A DNA stretch of 64,000 nucleotides. Origin: Desulfobacterales bacterium (lineage in GTDB: Bacteria; Desulfobacterota; Desulfobacteria; Desulfobacterales; UBA2174). The number at the start of each line of letters is the position of its first letter. The first letter of the stretch is position 1. The stretch is from contig CAXXWC010000021.1 in NCBI GenBank assembly GCA_963668645.2, forward strand, positions 32,001 to 96,000, read 5' to 3'. The notes beneath the pieces were generated by a model, which searched no databases, was not told the origin of the DNA, and was given only the letters and a program-made list of their open reading frames with translations. Made by a program: the position numbers and the translations under genes. Below, piece by piece: positions 58,591 through 64,000 of the stretch.

Positions 58591-59844
58591 TCATTGAGAT
58601 GAGGCGTTAATGGTTTCTTTGGAGATTTTTCTAAACTCCGCATCCGTCAGTACACGTTTCAGATCGTGGGATTTTTGCTTTACCTTTTTCAACACTTCCA
58701 TGGCATCTGCTTCACCGATGGCGATCCCCATTTTTTTTGCCCAGATCTCCACGTTATCAAGACCGCTCTTTTTACCCATCAGAATTCTCGGGTCCTCATG
58801 GCCGACGAATTCCGGGTTTACCGGGAAAACGGTTGTCGGGCTCTGCTCGAAGACGTTTTTATACCAACCGGTCACGATTCCCGACTCGATGGTGTAGGCA
58901 TTTTTACCGATCAGCGGCCGGCAGGGGGGAACCTCCATGCCCGAAAGCGTCTGCACAAGACCCGACAGCTCATTGAGCTTGGCGAAATCGATACCCAGAT
59001 CAATCCCGTACATGGTCAGCAGCGCCAGCGCTGTTTCTTCCATCGGTGTGTTTCCCGCTCTTTCGCCGATGCCCAGGACCGTGGAATGGATCACTTCCGC
59101 CCCGGCCAATACGGCATTTATAGTGTTGGCGACCCCCATCCCGAAATCCATATGAAAATGGATTTCAAGGGGCTTATCGATACGGCGTTTTGCCTCTTTT
59201 GTAAAATAGGAAGCCGCCTGGGGGGAAAGGACACCGAAGGTGTCCACCAGCGTAAACGCATCCATGTGCCCGCTGGAAGCGACCTGCTCGACCAGCTGCA
59301 AAAGCCACTGGATGTCCGAACGGGTTGCGTCGATGGTGAAAAATACCGTATAGAGGCCCTTTTCCTTGGCCAGTGCCGTGGCCTCGATAGATAGATCGAT
59401 GGCCTTTTGCAGCGACCATTTGTAGGCGTTTTCGATCAGGTGCTGGCTGGCCGGAATTTCGATCACGATACCGTCCACCCCGCAATCGGCCGCCAGCTCT
59501 ACGTCTTTTTTCATGCAGCGGCAAAAGCAAAACACCTCCGGCCCCAGCTTGCGTTTGACGATTTCCCGGATGGCGGCCTCATCGTTGGGCGAGACGGCGG
59601 GCATACCGGTTTCGATCCGGTGCACGCCTACTTCGGCCAGTTTTTCGGCGATACGGATTTTATCGTCTTTGCTAAAAATGATCCCTGCCTGTTGCTCTCC
59701 GTCGCGCAGCGTGATGTCGTGGATCTTGACCTTTTCCGGCGGCGTATAGCCTTCGGTGACTTCGGGGAAATAATTCCAGGGGCTCACGTGCCAATTTGCA
59801 CTTTTCCAAGGGGTTGATCCCTTACCTTTTGTCGCTTCACTCAT
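58591..59844 (-). CDS. DRE-TIM Claisen-condensing synthase (LeuA/homocitrate/citramalate synthase-like, no regulatory domain)
   Basis: HDITLRDGEQQAG, HFHMDFG.G.AN, GIGERAGN, GKKSG; start ATG 59844. Confidence 0.88.
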   Translation of the reverse strand: MSEATKGKGSTPWKSANWHVSPWNYFPEVTEGYTPPEKVKIHDITLRDGEQQAGIIFSKDDKIRIAEKLAEVGVHRIETGMPAVSPNDEAAIREIVKRKLGPEVFCFCRCMKKDVELAADCGVDGIVIEIPASQHLIENAYKWSLQKAIDLSIEATALAKEKGLYTVFFTIDATRSDIQWLLQLVEQVASSGHMDAFTLVDTFGVLSPQAASYFTKEAKRRIDKPLEIHFHMDFGMGVANTINAVLAGAEVIHSTVLGIGERAGNTPMEETALALLTMYGIDLGIDFAKLNELSGLVQTLSGMEVPPCRPLIGKNAYTIESGIVTGWYKNVFEQSPTTVFPVNPEFVGHEDPRILMGKKSGLDNVEIWAKKMGIAIGEADAMEVLKKVKQKSHDLKRVLTDAEFRKISKETINASSQ

Positions 59845-59878
59845 TTCGGATGCCTCCTGATTTGGATTCAATCAGATT

Positions 59879-60904
59879 TCAGTGAGCCGGTTCCGAAGGC
59901 AGCACATCGTCCACCAGGCAAACCAGATCAATGACTTTCAGATCGAGATTTTGTTTTCGCACAACCTTGTTGAGCTGCATTTCACAGGCCGGGCAATTGG
60001 TTACAACCGCCGACACATCATTTTGCATGAGCTGTTCGATCCTTCTCATCCCCATGCGTTCGCTCAGTTCGGGATGGGTCGCTTCGAGCCCCCCGCCCCC
60101 GCAGCAGGTCGACCAGCGGCCGACTTCTTCAGGATCGTTTTCAACCAGTTCGATCCCTTCGATACGCCGCAGAATTTTCCGGGGTGCTTCGATTAAATTC
60201 AGGTAGCGGGAAAGCTGGCAAGGATCGTGATAGGCGACTTTAATCTCCTTTTCGGACCTGAGACTCGTTTTGCTTTCTTCCAACTTCTGCAAGATGACTT
60301 CTAAAATGTGCATAACCTGCAAGTCGTATCCGTCGACATATTTCGGATATACGTTTTTCAACGCCGACGTGCAGCCGGGTACGAGACCGATAATTTTCCT
60401 GACGCCGTTCTCCATGAAAATTCCATGGTTTTTTTGAGCGATCTCTGCATAATCTTTTTCGAAGCCTGCATAGTAAACCGGCGACCCGCAGCACGGCTCA
60501 TTTTCATGCATGTAGCCGACGTTGACCCCCAGCTTTTGAAGCACACTGACAGCGCTGGCCAAAACCGGAGTGTAGGGATCTTCCTTTGAAGCCGTCATTT
60601 TGGCGGTGATGCTGGCAAGGTCGATCCCGACCTTGCCGAATGCCTTGCTGATCCCGACAACCTTGCCCATCTTCATGCCGAATCGGCCGGCATTTTTCAG
60701 CGTATCCATCATCCCTTCGACATACTTCATGTGCTGATAGCCGCAGCCGGCAAAAAACGTATACTCCCCCTGCCGGGCCAGATTCAGGTCCTTGGCCCAC
60801 AGATTCTTACCTTCAGATACTCCGGTAAGGCAGTCTTTGCTGACCACGTTGTCCTTTATATAGGTATGCCCTGCCGGGATCATCTCTTTGTATGCTTTGC
60901 TCAT
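59879..60904 (-). CDS. CCG-domain Fe-S protein (GlcF-like C-terminal part)
   Basis: FAGC, EPCCG, YHDPCQL.R, CCGGGG, T.CPAC; start ATG 60904. Confidence 0.85.
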   Translation of the reverse strand: MSKAYKEMIPAGHTYIKDNVVSKDCLTGVSEGKNLWAKDLNLARQGEYTFFAGCGYQHMKYVEGMMDTLKNAGRFGMKMGKVVGISKAFGKVGIDLASITAKMTASKEDPYTPVLASAVSVLQKLGVNVGYMHENEPCCGSPVYYAGFEKDYAEIAQKNHGIFMENGVRKIIGLVPGCTSALKNVYPKYVDGYDLQVMHILEVILQKLEESKTSLRSEKEIKVAYHDPCQLSRYLNLIEAPRKILRRIEGIELVENDPEEVGRWSTCCGGGGLEATHPELSERMGMRRIEQLMQNDVSAVVTNCPACEMQLNKVVRKQNLDLKVIDLVCLVDDVLPSEPAH

Positions 60905-60906
60905 GA

Positions 60907-61236
60907 TCACTGACCCTCCGCACTTTCGACCAGTTTCACCAGATACTGGCGTGCTTTTAGAATGGTGTCCGCAGGCCGGCAGTCGGTGGACAGCTCCATG
61001 CAACGTTCCTGGCATCGCCGGCACGCTGCACAGGAATAGAGGATGTCGCTCAGGGTTTTGGTATCGCCCAACCCCTGTTTGATGAACAGATTGATCGCCA
61101 TGAGCCTGCCAGCGGCACTCTGGGTGAACCACCCTTCATAGGTGGGGCACATCGCCACACACATCCGGCACTTCCAGCACCGTTGCACGCTATCGGTGAT
61201 TTCCTTCGCCAGCGTATTCAGATCTGAATTATTCAT
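60907..61236 (-). CDS. 4Fe-4S dicluster protein (GlcF-like N-terminal part)
   Basis: CWKCRMCVAMCP and CAACRRCQERC motifs. Confidence 0.88.
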   Translation of the reverse strand: MNNSDLNTLAKEITDSVQRCWKCRMCVAMCPTYEGWFTQSAAGRLMAINLFIKQGLGDTKTLSDILYSCAACRRCQERCMELSTDCRPADTILKARQYLVKLVESAEGQ

Positions 61237-62659
61237 ATCCTTCGCCTTCCAAATTTCCGGGATTGAGAATATTGTTCGGATCGACGGCCTTTTTCATGGC
61301 CATGAGCATCTCATGCGCCGCGTTGCCGTACCTTCTTTTGAAGAAGGGTATTCGCGATGCGGTCTGGCCGATCTCCCCGGACGCACATCCCCACATGGTG
61401 TTGATATCGCTTTCGAGGCTTGTGGCCGCCTTGGTGATCTGGATCCGCTTTTCGGCCGGCATGCTCACAGGGGCGACCCACATTCCGTGAAGATCGCAAG
61501 TACCGATATGACCGTAGATGAAGAGCTTTGCTTCTCTGAGGACTTCATAGGCGTGTCCCGTATCGAGATAAACCAGCACATCGTCGAGATGACTCAAGGG
61601 TACGGAGGCCTCCACGGCGCCGGCCATCACCAGCTGGTCTCCGTCTTCGGAGGCTTGAAGAATATTCAAGATATTGTCTCTGGCATCCCAGAAATCCTTT
61701 CGTTTTTGTTCATCCTGAACGATGTACGCCTCTATGGCACCCGCTTCTTTAAACGTGGTGACCATTTTCCCGGCCAGTTCATCGGCCTCGCGTTGACTGT
61801 GACTGACCGTGATGGCAAGTCCCATGTGGCCTTTCGGCTTTCCCAGTCCCCGGAGTTCGAAAGGAGCCTCTGCCGCCACCTTGTCGATCATCTCTCCATA
61901 CAAGGGAGGAGGATTTTTGCCCCAATAATGCTGTTGAAATGCATGGGCGATATCGGTCAACTGCGGGAAAAAACCGACGACGTACTGTTTTTTCATTTCC
62001 GGCAGTACGCGAAGACGGAGTTTGGTAATCACGCCCAACAAACCTTCGCCGCCGACAAAATAGCGGGTCATATCCAGTCCCGCAGGACGCCGAATGCTTC
62101 GGGTTCCGGTATCGATGATTTCCCCGTTCGGCAGGACGACTTCTACGCCCATCACGTAATCGATGAGCTTGCCCACGCAGGCGTCGACCATATGGCCAAT
62201 CGTATTGATCGATGCCGCCCCGCCGATGGTGGAGGAAAATTTGCTGCCGATGCACATCGGCAACATATAGCCGCGGCTGGAAAGGAGTTTTTCCAGCTGA
62301 TACTGGTTTACCCCGGCTCCCAGCTCGTAGTACATGTCTTCTTCATGGGCTTCGATAGAGGTCATCTCATGCATGCTGAGCAGGATGCTTCCGGGTCTTT
62401 TGGGCTTGGGAGAACCTTTGAAGGCGGTACCGGCGCCGTGAACGTAAACAGGTATCTTGTTGTTATGGGCAAACCTGACGACATCCGATACCGCCTTGGA
62501 TGTCTGCGGCTTGACCACGGCGACGGGGATATTGGCCGGATCTAGGTCGGGCTGGGCCGAATCCTGCCCGAAACTGATACGCTCAAATATATCTCCCGAC
62601 ACATTCTCCTTTCCGATCATGTCTTTGAGCTCTTTCAGGATCGATTTTTCAGCTATCAT
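61229..62659 (-). CDS. FAD-linked 2-hydroxyacid oxidoreductase (GlcD/D-lactate dehydrogenase family)
   Basis: P.AVVKP, GAGT, STIGG, GGEG.LG.IT, GHIG...LH, K.A.DPNNILNPG. Confidence 0.9.
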   Translation of the reverse strand: MIAEKSILKELKDMIGKENVSGDIFERISFGQDSAQPDLDPANIPVAVVKPQTSKAVSDVVRFAHNNKIPVYVHGAGTAFKGSPKPKRPGSILLSMHEMTSIEAHEEDMYYELGAGVNQYQLEKLLSSRGYMLPMCIGSKFSSTIGGAASINTIGHMVDACVGKLIDYVMGVEVVLPNGEIIDTGTRSIRRPAGLDMTRYFVGGEGLLGVITKLRLRVLPEMKKQYVVGFFPQLTDIAHAFQQHYWGKNPPPLYGEMIDKVAAEAPFELRGLGKPKGHMGLAITVSHSQREADELAGKMVTTFKEAGAIEAYIVQDEQKRKDFWDARDNILNILQASEDGDQLVMAGAVEASVPLSHLDDVLVYLDTGHAYEVLREAKLFIYGHIGTCDLHGMWVAPVSMPAEKRIQITKAATSLESDINTMWGCASGEIGQTASRIPFFKRRYGNAAHEMLMAMKKAVDPNNILNPGNLEGEGYE

Positions 62660-62790
62660 TGCCGTGCCTTTCTGCGCTGTGCCTTTCTCTGAAGTTTTCT
62701 ATGGTAACGGCCCTTGCCAGGGCCGAATGCGATCACTTTTTTTCGGAGATGAAACCTGGAAACAGCCTGTTCATTTCTTGTCGGCTGGAT

Positions 62791-62826
62791 ATTGTCGACA
62801 CTATACAGACGACAAATCAATGTCAA
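62791..62826 (-). promoter_or_regulatory. Probable promoter with GntR/FadR-type operator for the glcD-like operon
   Basis: Minus strand TTGACA (62826-62821); TTGTCGACA palindrome at 62792-62800; related GTCGACAA upstream of gntR (about 63980). Confidence 0.5.
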
Positions 62827-63272
62827 GGAAAAAATTTCAATAAGCGGCTGCGATCAGACGATGGGGCTTTAGACGTCATGCGGCAAGGGCCCGGCCATTG
62901 GATAGTCGCTTGATATGATAATAAATAATTTTTGTGACACATGCCCCGGCAACAGGAAGCGCTGTCCGAGAGTGGCTGCTGTCTGAGCCGCTTGCGGCGA
63001 GTCAGCCGGACCCGGCCGGTGCCCTCTACCGATGAAGTCTCGCAACAAAAGTAGAAAGTCGCTTTAAGTTAAGCGGATGGAAAAGAAGGCAGGAAGGAGT
63101 TGGCGCGCGTTTTTAGGAGAATTTTTGGACAGGCGCAGGCTGTTCGCCGCCGTCACGATTCTTCAACCGTTGCAGCGCAGCCCTCCGCTTGCGGGCGCTA
63201 TGCAGTCAGAAAGGCTCCCGGACGCCGGGAGCCGCCTGACACTGGATTCGAGGCTTTTTGACCGTCAAAAGT

Positions 63273-63935
63273 CTATGTATTGAGCTGCGACAGTTGTTCT
63301 TCGAGAATGGGGGGCCATGATTTGATGTGCTTTTGAATGCATTGCCTGGCGTCTTTATACTTGCCGGCCTGAATCATGCTGTAGATTTCCCGGTGCTCTT
63401 TTTGCGAATTTTCCATCAACCCTTCGATAAAGACGTACATGGCCTGGTACCGGGCCAGATTGGGAAACAGACAATCGTAATAGTAAGTAAGCTTGGAGTT
63501 GCCCGTGGCACCGACAAGATTTATGTGAAAATTGGCAATCGCTTTCAGATATCGAAATTTTTCCTCCGGCTCCGCATCGACAGGAAAAATGATGCCGGAA
63601 CTGGCATCCATGGCTTTTTCAACCCCCGGAATCTTCCGCATCTTTTTTCGCTCCAGGAGCCCCACGGCAAAAACTTCCAACATTTCCCGCGCTTCAAAGA
63701 TTTCGATGCAATCTTCCATCGAGATTCGGGTGACGTAGCTTCCCTTGCGCGGGACGATCTCCACGAGCTGTTCGCCGCTCAGTACCCTGAATGCCTCCCG
63801 CAAAGGAGACCGGCTGATTCCCAGCTTCGAGGAAAGTTCGATCTCGTTAAGCTTTTGCCCGGGCTTGAGCTTCTGGTCGATGATCAGGGACCGTAAATAT
63901 TCTGACAGGCTTTCCGTAATACCGGTAAAATGCAT
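63273..63935 (-). CDS. GntR family (FCD) transcriptional regulator
   Basis: LKPGQKLNE.EL...LGISRSPLREA HTH; FCD domain FH..L..ATGN, EH..I. Confidence 0.92.
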   Translation of the reverse strand: MHFTGITESLSEYLRSLIIDQKLKPGQKLNEIELSSKLGISRSPLREAFRVLSGEQLVEIVPRKGSYVTRISMEDCIEIFEAREMLEVFAVGLLERKKMRKIPGVEKAMDASSGIIFPVDAEPEEKFRYLKAIANFHINLVGATGNSKLTYYYDCLFPNLARYQAMYVFIEGLMENSQKEHREIYSMIQAGKYKDARQCIQKHIKSWPPILEEQLSQLNT

Positions 63936-64000
63936 TATTTACCTTCCATTCATAAATTGTCTCCTGCATACGATATTCAGTCGACAAACATTATCCAATC

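Overview
GC-rich chromosomal segment, probably from an anaerobic deltaproteobacterium (Desulfobacterota-like; inferred from gene content). The backbone is catabolic: (i) TRAP/MaoC/AtuA/IclR/TctCBA/HD/CoA-transferase/CitE cluster (1-10.8 kb); (ii) ALDH7 plus acyl-CoA dehydrogenase-EtfBA; (iii) a sigma54-controlled beta-oxidation cluster (24.4-34.1 kb); (iv) pfk, flavoredoxin, DJ-1, ARH, ModF; (v) a GntR-GlcD-FeS-CCG-LeuA-like-PrpD-TRAP cluster (53.9-63.9 kb). Two AT-richer accessory regions are the most interesting part. Region 36.4-48.1 kb is a fossil integron that the ORF track does not show. It has a decayed intI 5' end, an attI-like site and four attC sites delimiting minus-strand cassettes (amidase, TIR protein, NmrA/SDR, PAS protein, chimeric MaoC). 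It has been invaded by two different group IIC introns sitting in neighbouring attC cores one nucleotide out of register (their putative EBS1/EBS3 bases co-vary), by an IS66 and by an IS200 remnant. Region 16.1-21.95 kb is headed by a second copy of the same attI-like leader. It carries a candidate defence/signalling module: TM-anchored degenerate PRTase, a CRISPR-CorA-like channel with no CRISPR in the window, a GT2, an SRPBCC-HEPN(DUF4145)-like fusion and a membrane protein. No rRNA, tRNA or CRISPR array was seen. All protein assignments come from reading motifs by eye, not from database searches.
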